Assembly (NCBI GenBank): GCA_019637805.1
Contig: JAHBVB010000001.1
Coordinates: forward strand, 5,262 to 69,261
Source: Anaerolineales bacterium
GTDB taxonomy: Bacteria; Chloroflexota; Anaerolineae; Anaerolineales; UBA11579
Direction of reading: 5' to 3'
Length of the DNA stretch: 64,000 nt
Shown: piece by piece, positions 1 through 8,076 of the stretch
Layout of the letters: each line of letters begins with the position of its first letter
How positions within the stretch are numbered: position 1 is the stretch's first letter
Translations under genes and position numbers: made by a program
Notes under the pieces: generated by a model
Seen by the model: only the letters and a program-made list of their open reading frames with translations
Database searches by the model: none
Told to the model about the DNA's origin: nothing

Positions 1-3000
1 ACAACGCGGTCACCACCCGCGGCCGCGTGCTGGATACGGCCACGCTGAACGCATACAACCCGGAGCAATTCGAGGAAGACGCCAGCGGCGCGAGCGCCTC
101 CATCGGAGTCGGCGCGGTCAGCAAATCGATCTATGCGGTCAACGGCAACACTGTCGTGGTGCCGCCCGTGGAGGCGGCCCCGGGGGATGTGATTACCTAT
201 CGCATCCAATACAGCCTGCCCACCGGCGACGTGGAGAACCTGTTCTTCGAAGATTATTTGCCCCTGCCCGTCTTCCGGGTGACAGACCCGGATGCCAATG
301 GCGTGTTCGGGCCTCCCTGGCAGTTCGTGGTCAATGCATGCGCCACAGCGGATGCTACCGTGCCCCCCGCCGGTTTCGTCAAATATGGCCCGAACGAGAC
401 CTACTGCGCCTACAGCGGCATCCTGCCAACGCTTTCAACCAATGCCGCCAACAACCGCCTGGATATTTTTTATGGCGATTTCGACGGAGTGTTCGAAGCG
501 CCCTACACGATCGACCTGCTCTTCTCAGTCACGCTGACCGACGAGCCGTTCGCCGACCGCCTCTTCCTGACCAACCAGGCGCAGTCCTCGGAGAGCAACA
601 CCAGCGCACAGGCTTCCACGGCCAGCGCCCTGGCGCAGTTCATCCTCACCCAGCCCATGCTGAATATCAGCAAGGGCGTCGTTGGGGTGGACAATCCGGC
701 AGGCGTGATCGCGCCGCTGCCGGTGGGGCCGGTCGTCTTTAGCCTGGCCGCCTGCCCGCGATTCGCCGGCACGATTTCATCCACCAACCTGGCCGCCAAC
801 CCGGTGGACAGCAACCTGAGCATGGTGGACGCCGGCGATGTGGTCACCATGGCCATCATCGTGGAAAACAGCGGGTCCGGTGTCGCCGGAGCCTTCGACG
901 TTTTGCTGCGTGATGAACTGCCCGCCGGCCTCAATCTGGTGCCCGGCAGTCTGTGCGTCACCAACGGCGCCGGTACGCCGCTGGCCTATTCCGGAGCCGA
1001 AGCGGACTTCTTCACGCCCACCGGCATCGAGCTGGTCGACCCGGTGGATGGCGCGCTGGCCGTTTCCCATCCCAACAATGGCCTGAACATCGCCGTGATC
1101 ACCTACCAGGTGATCCTGGACGGCAGTGTGGAAGCCGGCGAAGTGCTGGTGAACACCGCGTCCATATTGGATTATGCCGGCGTGGAGGACGGTGCCTCCC
1201 ACCTAGTGAACCCACTGGAAGACACCGCCGAGATCACCCTGGCGGAACCGGAGGCCACCAAGACTCTGGTGACCACCGAGATCAGCGACGCCTTCAACGA
1301 CCATACCGAGGCGGTGATCGGCGAGATGGTCACCTACGAAGTGACGCTGCGCTTCCCCGAAGGGGTGACGCCCGGGGCTATTCTGGTTGACACGCTGGAT
1401 GCGGGCCTGGCGTTTGTGGACTGCCTGGCAGTCAGCCGCTCCTCAGCCGACCTGACCAGCAACCTCGGCGCGGGCGACTTCTCCGACCGTTGCGCCAGCG
1501 CGGTGATTGGCCCCAATGGAGGCACGATTACTTTCGATCTGGGCGATGTAAGCAACGCCAACACCGACAACGCCCAGGACGAGACGCTGACTATCCAGTA
1601 TCGGGTGATCGTGGTCAACCAGTCAAGCAACCAGGCGGGGACGCAACTGAACAACCAGGCCACGCTGAACTTCCAGGCCGGCAGCGTTTCGGCCTCGGCG
1701 CCCAACGTGCGCGTGATCGAGCCGACGGTGAACACGATCAAATCGGCGCTGCCCACCAGCGGCGACGGTGGCGACACGATCACTTTCTCGATCACGATGA
1801 GCAGCCCCATGGGAGTCAACGCGGCGGTTGCCCACGATGTGACCTGGAGCGACACCATCCCAGCCCACATGACCTATGTGGCAGCTTCCCTTGCTGAGGG
1901 CGCCTGCAGCGTTTCGCCTGCCCTGAACGATACGCTGCCCACCCTGACAGCCACCTGGAGCGCGATCAACCCCGGGCAGAGCTGTACGCTCACCTTCCAG
2001 GCGACGATCAACCACACCGCAGTCCCCGGTCAAACCCTGACCAACACAGCCGAAACGCGCTGGACGAGCCTGCCCGGCGACGAGTCGGCCCCGCGCTCGC
2101 CCTTCAACGCCAACTCGGTGGAGCGCAGCGGGGCGGGCGGTTTGCTTGGTTTAGGCGCGCTGAACGATTACCGCACCCAGGGCCAGGCGAGCGTGACGAT
2201 CAGCGCCACCACGCCGGAAAAATTCCTGCTCATGACCTCCGAAGACCACACCACCACGATTGCGGGCGTGCCCCGCGTGGCCATCGGTGAAATCGTGCGC
2301 TACCGGCTGGTGATCCAGCTGCCCGAGGGGGCCGCCCCCAACTTCCAGATCCGGGACAACCTGCCCGCGGGGCTGGTCTTTGTCAACGACGGCACGGCCA
2401 AAGCCGCGTTCGTCTCCACCGGCGGAATCGTCTCGGCCGGCGTTGGCATTGTGTCCGCAGTGAGCGATGCCAACTGCCAGTTCGCCGGCAATGCGGCCGA
2501 CGGAGTCAATCCGGCCATCCCGGCCGCCTGCCCGGCGCTGGCCAACGAGAACGTGGGCAGCACCAACAGCACCATCGCCGATGTGGACGGCTATCTCTCG
2601 GACACCGACCCGTTCTTCAAGCTGGGCAGCCTGCTGAACAACGACAGCGACGCGGACGATGAGTACATCATCCTCGAGTTCAACGCGTTGGTGATGAACA
2701 TCGCCGGCAATGGCACCGGCACCGACCGGGACAACACCTTCCACGTCTTCATCGATGGCAACCAGGTGGGGCTGGAATCGAACAGCGTGCAGGTACGCAC
2801 TGCCCAGCCCGCGCTCACGCTGGCCAAGGCTTCCGTGCTAGACCCCTCGCAGGATGCGGGCGATGCCCTGGTGTACACGCTGACCATCTCGGCAGCCAGC
2901 GGCGCCGACCAGGCCACTGCCTTTGACCTGCAAGTGGTGGATGTGGTGGACAGCGCCTTGAGTGTGGGCGCGGTCAATGTCATCTCCACCCAGGGCGCTA

Positions 3001-6000
3001 CCTGTAGCGGCGGCACGGCCTTCGCCACCAATGCGCTGACCGTCGGGCAAACCGTCACGGTCACCGCCTCTTGCCTCGACCCCGGCGCCAGCATCACCGT
3101 GACGATCAACACCACCGTGGCCGCCAGCGCCACGGCGGGGCAGATCATCCCCAACAGCGCAGACCTCAGCTATACCAGCCTGCCCGGCGATTTTGGCACC
3201 AGCGGCAACCCTACCGGCTCTTACCTGGGTACACTGCTGGCCTTTGGCTACGAATCGAATCCAAGCCAGCAGCACGGCGAACGCACCGGCGCCGGCGGGG
3301 TGAACGCGTATGCCGATGCGGACAACATCCAGGATGCGCTCTCGACGCCGGCGATCACCAAGCTGCAGCCCGTGCCGGCGGCTTACACCATCGGCGACCT
3401 GGTCACCTACGATATTCTGGTCACCCTGCCCGAGGGCATCACCCCGCAGTTGGTCGTGTTCGATGACCTGCCGGACGGTCTGGTCTACCAAAGCCACACG
3501 GTGATCACCAGCGCGGCGGCCAGCGGTGGCCTGCTGGCGGCGGACTTCGCCGGCACCTTGCTGGCGCCCGCCATAGACCTGACCGGGGGCGACCTGAGCC
3601 TGGCCTTTGGCGACGCCACCACAACCGCGGATAACGTGACCACCAACAACACCTTCATGGTGCGCGTGGAAACGCTGGTGGCCAACGTGATCGGCAACCA
3701 GAACGGCACTGCCCTGGAGAACACCGCCACACTCGACTGGCTGGGCGGCACACCCCTGGCTTCCGGCCCAATTGTGATCACGGTAATCGAACCGGAGCTG
3801 CAGATCGTCAAGGGCGTGGACAACCCCACGCCCGGCCTCGGCCAGACGGTCACATTCAGCCTGACCATCAGCCACCTGCCGGGCAGCACTTCGCCCGCCC
3901 TGGATGTACTCCTGTTCGACGATGTGCCCGCGGAGCTGCTGGTGGACCTGGCCACGCTGGCGTTCAGCGACACCCCGGCGAACTGCGCGGTTGGCGTGGA
4001 CACCAGCAGCAGTGCCGGCAACGTGATAGAGGCCAGTGTGGACGAGCTGCCGCTGGGCTGCTCGCTGGAGATCACCTTTGATGCGCTGGTCCAGTTCCCC
4101 GGAGTGCTCTTGGGCGACACGATCACCAACGACGTTGCGATCAGCTGGACTTCGCAGCCGGGGCCGAACGGAGACGAGAGAGACGGCTCGGGCGGCGTGA
4201 ACGATTACAGCGCCGATGACAGCCTTGTCCTGACTGTGGAGGGCGTGGACCTGGCGATCACCAAGGATGATGGCGGCATCAATGTGGATCCTGGAGACGA
4301 TATTGATTACACGCTGAGCTATGTCAACAATGGCAATGCGGATGCCACGGGCGTAGTGATCACCGAAACCGTGCCCGATTACACCACCTTCAATGCCGCC
4401 CTGAGCACCGTAGGCTGGAGCTGCGCGAACGGCAGCCCGGCCGGGACGGTGTGCACCTTCCCGCTGGGCACGATCGCCAGCGGCGCCTCCGCCACGGTGA
4501 ACTTCGTGGTCACCGTGATCACGCCGCTGCCGGCGGCCATCACCGAGACGCTGAACACGACCCGCATCGACGACGACGGCAGCAAGGGCCTCGATCCCAC
4601 GCCCAGCGACAACGAAGACAGCGACATCACCCCGCTGCAGGCCGTGCCCGACTTGGAGATACTCAAGGACAACGGCGTGTCGATCGTCGCCCCCGGAAGC
4701 ATCTTCACCTACACTCTGACGATCAGCAACATCGGCAACCAGGATGCCACCGGCGTGGCTGTCAGCGATACGCTGCCGCCCCAGGTCACCTTCCTCAGCG
4801 CCATCGACAGCGGCGTTGAAGCCGGCGGCATCGTCACCTGGCCGCTGTTCGACCTGGCCTCCGGCGACACGGTGACCCGTACAGTCACCGTTCAGGTCAA
4901 CGATCCATTTACGCCGTTCGCCACCCAGATCACCAACCAGGCCACGGTAACGGACGACGGCACCAACGGCCCGGACCCCGACCTGAGCAACAACACGGAT
5001 GACGACACTGACCAGTTGGTCAGCCTGGCCAATCTGAACATTACCAAGCAGGTCACCGCGTCGAACCAGGCGTTTACCGCGCACCCGGAAGTGGCCATCG
5101 GCGAGATGGTCAGCTACGAAATCATCCTCAGCATCCCGCCCGGGGATTTGCCCGCCATGATGGTGGCAGATACCCTGACCGCCGGTCTGGCTTTTGTGGA
5201 GTGCGTGGAAGTGATCGCTTCGAGCGGCGACCTGACCACGACCCTTGCAGGGGGGTTCAGCTCGATCTGCAGTTCGGCCGTATTCGAGGAGGAGCCGACC
5301 GGCAGCGTGGAGCCGGTGGACCAGGGCCGCCGCATGGTGCTGGACTTTGGCGATGTGGCCAATACCGGCGCCGTCAACCACACGATCACCATCCGCTACA
5401 CGGCCGTGGTGCTGAACTCGCTGGACAACGTGAGCCAAACGATACTGGCCAACAGCGCGCTATGGGAGTGGCAGAGCGGCCTGCTCAGCGTGCTGAGTGA
5501 GGACCTGATCGTCGTCGAACCGCAACTGGTCCTGGCGATGACCGCCGACCGGGATGTGGTGCTGCCGGGCCAGGCGGTGACCTTCCGGCTGACCCTGCAG
5601 CACACCTCGGGCAGCGAGACGGACGCCTTCGACGTGGTGCTCAGCAATCAGTTGCCGGCCAGCCTGGTCTTGATCCCCGGCACGCTGCGACATGTCTCCG
5701 GCCAAACGCCGACATTGCTGACCGAACTGGGCGCCAGTGTCGAAATCACCTGGGACCAGTTCCTGAACAATGGCCAGGACTCGGTGATCGAATTCCAGGC
5801 TTTGGTGGGCGCCGTCTCCGCGGGAGATGTGATCACCAACATCGCACTGGCCGAATGGAGCAGTCTGCCGGGCGATTTCAGCCTGCCGCAATCGTTGCAC
5901 AACACCCTCTCGAGCGAACGCGCCTATCTGCCCGGCGACCCGCTCAACCCATACCTCACCGAAGCCAATGTAGAGCTGACCGTGCCGGGGGGGTTGCCGG

Positions 6001-6506
6001 CCACCGGCTTTGCCCCGGGCCAGGTGAGCGCCATCCCTGAGCCTGCCGGCCCGATGTACCAGGACCTGGGCGACCTGCGCATAGAAATCCCGAACATCAA
6101 CATCTCGGAGAGTATCGTGGGCGTACCGCTGCAAAGCGAGCAGTGGGATGTGACCTGGTTGAACAACGACATCGGCTATCTGGACGGCACGGCTTACCCC
6201 ACCCGCCCGGGCAATTCGATCCTCACCGCCCACGTCTACCTGGCTGATGGCCGCCCCGGCCCCTTCGTCAACCTGCACACGTTGAAGTGGGGCAACGAAG
6301 TGGTGGTTTACTCGGCCGGCTACAGATATGTCTACGAAGTGCGCGAAGTTTCGCTGGTCGATCCGGCAGACCTCTCCGTGCTGGAGGGTGACGGCTATAC
6401 CTGGCTGACCCTGATCACCTGCCGCGGCTACGACGAAACCAACGACAGCTACCAGTGGCGCGTGGCGGTGAGAGCGGTACTGGTCCGCGTTGAGCCGGGC
6501 AGCTAA
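1..6506 (+). CDS. Giant surface adhesin-like repeat protein (5'-partial) ending in an LPATG motif fused to a sortase domain
   Basis: One uninterrupted ORF. Codons 3-26 upstream of the track start (27) are also open, so the N-terminus lies outside the window. T/N/D/V/G-rich extracellular-type composition. At least four modules open with [AV][VA]IGE[MI]V.Y or YTIGDLVTY (nt ~1311, ~2277, ~3384, ~5091). Module-end motif [WY]-[TS]-S-[LQ]-P-G ... ER-x-G-x-GG-[VL]-N-[DA]-Y at nt 2061, 3171, 4146, 5856 (last copy degenerate). Two DUF11-type repeats and a C-terminal sortase signature. Confidence 0.85.
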   Translation, partial: NAVTTRGRVLDTATLNAYNPEQFEEDASGASASIGVGAVSKSIYAVNGNTVVVPPVEAAPGDVITYRIQYSLPTGDVENLFFEDYLPLPVFRVTDPDANGVFGPPWQFVVNACATADATVPPAGFVKYGPNETYCAYSGILPTLSTNAANNRLDIFYGDFDGVFEAPYTIDLLFSVTLTDEPFADRLFLTNQAQSSESNTSAQASTASALAQFILTQPMLNISKGVVGVDNPAGVIAPLPVGPVVFSLAACPRFAGTISSTNLAANPVDSNLSMVDAGDVVTMAIIVENSGSGVAGAFDVLLRDELPAGLNLVPGSLCVTNGAGTPLAYSGAEADFFTPTGIELVDPVDGALAVSHPNNGLNIAVITYQVILDGSVEAGEVLVNTASILDYAGVEDGASHLVNPLEDTAEITLAEPEATKTLVTTEISDAFNDHTEAVIGEMVTYEVTLRFPEGVTPGAILVDTLDAGLAFVDCLAVSRSSADLTSNLGAGDFSDRCASAVIGPNGGTITFDLGDVSNANTDNAQDETLTIQYRVIVVNQSSNQAGTQLNNQATLNFQAGSVSASAPNVRVIEPTVNTIKSALPTSGDGGDTITFSITMSSPMGVNAAVAHDVTWSDTIPAHMTYVAASLAEGACSVSPALNDTLPTLTATWSAINPGQSCTLTFQATINHTAVPGQTLTNTAETRWTSLPGDESAPRSPFNANSVERSGAGGLLGLGALNDYRTQGQASVTISATTPEKFLLMTSEDHTTTIAGVPRVAIGEIVRYRLVIQLPEGAAPNFQIRDNLPAGLVFVNDGTAKAAFVSTGGIVSAGVGIVSAVSDANCQFAGNAADGVNPAIPAACPALANENVGSTNSTIADVDGYLSDTDPFFKLGSLLNNDSDADDEYIILEFNALVMNIAGNGTGTDRDNTFHVFIDGNQVGLESNSVQVRTAQPALTLAKASVLDPSQDAGDALVYTLTISAASGADQATAFDLQVVDVVDSALSVGAVNVISTQGATCSGGTAFATNALTVGQTVTVTASCLDPGASITVTINTTVAASATAGQIIPNSADLSYTSLPGDFGTSGNPTGSYLGTLLAFGYESNPSQQHGERTGAGGVNAYADADNIQDALSTPAITKLQPVPAAYTIGDLVTYDILVTLPEGITPQLVVFDDLPDGLVYQSHTVITSAAASGGLLAADFAGTLLAPAIDLTGGDLSLAFGDATTTADNVTTNNTFMVRVETLVANVIGNQNGTALENTATLDWLGGTPLASGPIVITVIEPELQIVKGVDNPTPGLGQTVTFSLTISHLPGSTSPALDVLLFDDVPAELLVDLATLAFSDTPANCAVGVDTSSSAGNVIEASVDELPLGCSLEITFDALVQFPGVLLGDTITNDVAISWTSQPGPNGDERDGSGGVNDYSADDSLVLTVEGVDLAITKDDGGINVDPGDDIDYTLSYVNNGNADATGVVITETVPDYTTFNAALSTVGWSCANGSPAGTVCTFPLGTIASGASATVNFVVTVITPLPAAITETLNTTRIDDDGSKGLDPTPSDNEDSDITPLQAVPDLEILKDNGVSIVAPGSIFTYTLTISNIGNQDATGVAVSDTLPPQVTFLSAIDSGVEAGGIVTWPLFDLASGDTVTRTVTVQVNDPFTPFATQITNQATVTDDGTNGPDPDLSNNTDDDTDQLVSLANLNITKQVTASNQAFTAHPEVAIGEMVSYEIILSIPPGDLPAMMVADTLTAGLAFVECVEVIASSGDLTTTLAGGFSSICSSAVFEEEPTGSVEPVDQGRRMVLDFGDVANTGAVNHTITIRYTAVVLNSLDNVSQTILANSALWEWQSGLLSVLSEDLIVVEPQLVLAMTADRDVVLPGQAVTFRLTLQHTSGSETDAFDVVLSNQLPASLVLIPGTLRHVSGQTPTLLTELGASVEITWDQFLNNGQDSVIEFQALVGAVSAGDVITNIALAEWSSLPGDFSLPQSLHNTLSSERAYLPGDPLNPYLTEANVELTVPGGLPATGFAPGQVSAIPEPAGPMYQDLGDLRIEIPNINISESIVGVPLQSEQWDVTWLNNDIGYLDGTAYPTRPGNSILTAHVYLADGRPGPFVNLHTLKWGNEVVVYSAGYRYVYEVREVSLVDPADLSVLEGDGYTWLTLITCRGYDETNDSYQWRVAVRAVLVRVEPGS
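4248..4905 (+). other. Two tandem DUF11-type (conserved repeat domain) Ig-like repeats inside the adhesin
   Basis: DLAITKDDGG..PGDDIDYTLSYVNNGNADATGVVITETVP...ASATVNFVVTV, then DLEILKDNG..PGSIFTYTLTISNIGNQDATGVAVSDTLP...TVTRTVTVQVN. This is the classic D-L-x-[IL]-x-K ... Y-x-[IL]-x-[VI]-x-N-x-G...A layout of DUF11 repeats. Confidence 0.7.
5994..6008 (+). other. LPATG sortase-recognition (LPXTG) motif in frame within the adhesin
   Basis: Codons TTG CCG GCC ACC GGC = L-P-A-T-G in the adhesin frame ((5994-27) is divisible by 3). The motif is followed by a Pro/Gly linker rather than a hydrophobic helix plus basic tail. Confidence 0.6.
6075..6503 (+). other. Sortase (cysteine transpeptidase) catalytic domain at the C-terminus of the adhesin ORF
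   Basis: LRIEIPNINISESIVGVP ... PGNSILTAHV (His codon 6231-6233) ... WLTLITC (TLxTC, Cys codon 6420-6422) ... WRVAVRAVLV (conserved Arg). Order and spacing fit the sortase His-Cys-Arg triad. Confidence 0.8.
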
Positions 6507-6527
6507 CCCGCGTTCAAATTAGCCCTC

Positions 6528-6558
6528 AAGGCCGCCTGGAATTCCAGGCGGCCTTTTT
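6528..6558 (+). terminator. Rho-independent terminator after the adhesin gene
   Basis: Perfect stem AAGGCCGCCTGG (6528-6539) / CCAGGCGGCCTT (6544-6555), loop AATT, run of five T at 6554-6558. Lies 22 nt after the TAA stop. Confidence 0.8.
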
Positions 6559-6579
6559 GTACAGGCTGGCGTTTCAGGC

Positions 6580-6585
6580 TATCAT
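6580..6585 (+). promoter_or_regulatory. -10-like hexamer TATCAT, 6 nt upstream of the ATG (leaderless candidate)
   Basis: TATCAT at 6580-6585, spacer CAGCAG, ATG at 6592. No Shine-Dalgarno in between. Confidence 0.35.
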
Positions 6586-6591
6586 CAGCAG

Positions 6592-7950
6592 ATGAGCCAC
6601 AAATCGGCCGAAGTCGTCATCTGCGGCGCGGGCATCCTCGGGGTCAGCGCCGCCTATTTCCTGAGCAGGCTGGGCGTTCGGGATATCGTGCTCATTGACC
6701 AACAGGCTCCGCTCACGCTGACATCCGACAAATCCACCGAGTGCTACCGCAACTGGTGGCCCGGCCCCGGCGATGCCATGGTGGCGCTGATGAACCGCAG
6801 CATCAGCCTGATGGAGGAAATGGCCGCGCAGAACGGCAACCTCTTCCACCTCAACCGGCGCGGCTATTTGTATGTGAGCACCGCCGCGGACGGCGCCGAG
6901 CGCCTGCGCGCCGCGGCCGCCGAGGCCAGCGGCCTGGGCGCCGGCGAACTGCGCGAGCACGGACCGGGCGCGCCGGGCTATCGGGCGCACCAGCCCGAAG
7001 GCGTGGGCGGCCCGCTGGGCGCCGACCTGCTGGACGGCGCCGCGGCACGGGCCGCCTTCCCCTACCTGAGCGCGGATACCCGCGCTGCGCTGCACGTGCG
7101 CCGCGCCGGCTGGCTCAGCGCGCAAACCTTCGGCATGTGGATGCTGGAGCAGGCCAAGGCCGCCGGCGCCGAAGTGGTCAGCGGGCGGCTGGCGGCGGTG
7201 GAGGCCAGCGCCGGGGCGGTCTCTGGCGTGGCGCTGGAGGACAGGAGCCAGATACGCACACCGGTGTTCATCAACGCCGCCGGGCCGTACCTCGGCCAGG
7301 TAAGCGCTCTGCTCGGGGTCGACATCCCGATCAGCAACGAAGTGCACCTCAAGGCGGCGTTCAACGACCACCTCGGCGCGCTGCCCCGCGAGGCGCCGTT
7401 GGTGATCTGCGCCGACGAACAGGAACTGGACTGGGCGCCGGAGGAGCGCGAGCTGCTGGCCAGCGACCCGCAGACCGCCGGCTTGCTTGAGCGGCTGCCC
7501 TCGGGGGCGCATACACGCCCGGAGGGCGACCGCGCCGCCCAGAGCATTCTGGTACTGTGGGATACGCACAACGAAGCCGTGGAGCCGACCTTCCCCATCG
7601 TCGAAGACCCGTTTTACGCTGAACTGGCCGTGCGCGGCCTGGCGCGTGTGCTGCCGGGCATGGCGGCCTACGCAAACCGCCTGCCGCGGCCGCAGGTGGA
7701 CGGCGGCTACTACACCAAGACGCAAGAGAACCGCCCGCTGGCCGGGCCGCTGGGCGTGTCAGGCGCCTACCTCATCGGCGCTGCCTCGGGCTACGGCGTG
7801 ATGGCCGCCGCCGGGCTGGCCGAGCTGCTCGCCGCGCACCTCACCGGCGGGGAGCTGCCCGGTTACGCACCGTTGTTCGAGTTCAGCCGCTACGCCGACC
7901 CGGATTACCAGGCGCAGCTGGCGGGCTGGGGCGAGAGCTGGCAGCTGTGA
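6592..7950 (+). CDS. FAD-dependent oxidoreductase (DAO-like family)
   Basis: N-terminal dinucleotide-binding fold VVICGAGILGVSAAYFL..VLIDQ. 452 aa, typical for the D-amino-acid/sarcosine oxidase-like family. C-terminal GAASGYGVM motif. Confidence 0.7.
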   Translation: MSHKSAEVVICGAGILGVSAAYFLSRLGVRDIVLIDQQAPLTLTSDKSTECYRNWWPGPGDAMVALMNRSISLMEEMAAQNGNLFHLNRRGYLYVSTAADGAERLRAAAAEASGLGAGELREHGPGAPGYRAHQPEGVGGPLGADLLDGAAARAAFPYLSADTRAALHVRRAGWLSAQTFGMWMLEQAKAAGAEVVSGRLAAVEASAGAVSGVALEDRSQIRTPVFINAAGPYLGQVSALLGVDIPISNEVHLKAAFNDHLGALPREAPLVICADEQELDWAPEERELLASDPQTAGLLERLPSGAHTRPEGDRAAQSILVLWDTHNEAVEPTFPIVEDPFYAELAVRGLARVLPGMAAYANRLPRPQVDGGYYTKTQENRPLAGPLGVSGAYLIGAASGYGVMAAAGLAELLAAHLTGGELPGYAPLFEFSRYADPDYQAQLAGWGESWQL

Positions 7951-8021
7951 GGCCGGGTAAGAGTTCACCGTCGTAAGAGTCTTATAAGAAAGGCCGGCCG
8001 GGTAATGCGGTCGGGTCTAAT

Positions 8022-8030
8022 TGGTATAAT
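8022..8030 (+). promoter_or_regulatory. Extended -10 promoter element TGGTATAAT upstream of ftsH
   Basis: TG-G-TATAAT (TATAAT = 8025-8030), about 47 nt upstream of the GTG start. GGAGG at 8065-8069 lies 7 nt before GTG 8077. The -35 is weak. Confidence 0.45.
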
Positions 8031-8076
8031 TCGACGAATGTCAATTTGCGATACCCGCAATCTTGGAGGCGCTTAA

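Noticed and set aside
2838-5438. 866-aa minus-strand ORF antisense to the adhesin gene, plus many shorter ORFs in other frames between 292 and 6278
   Set aside because: The translation is R/G/A/H/D/V-rich and low-complexity, typical of off-frame or antisense reading of a high-GC gene. No motif was found. The ORF lies entirely inside a plus-strand ORF with clear DUF11 and sortase signatures.
6052-6506. A stand-alone sortase gene starting at the internal Met (MYQDLGD...) after the LPATG motif
   Set aside because: ATG 6052 has no Shine-Dalgarno or -10-like element upstream, there is no stop codon ending the adhesin frame, and such a product would have no N-terminal membrane anchor. The fusion reading is better supported, pending read-level verification.
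6574-7725. 383-aa minus-strand ORF over the FAD oxidoreductase gene. Similar shadow ORFs occur at 8257-9411, 19943-21052, 21193-22212, 24835-25686, 28421-29272, 34903-35649, 38043-38882, 50140-51186, 53594-54502, 57505-58458 and 59239-60177.
   Set aside because: Each is antisense or off-frame to an ORF with strong family motifs, and all show the Arg/Ala/Gly/Pro-rich composition of non-coding frames in high-GC DNA.
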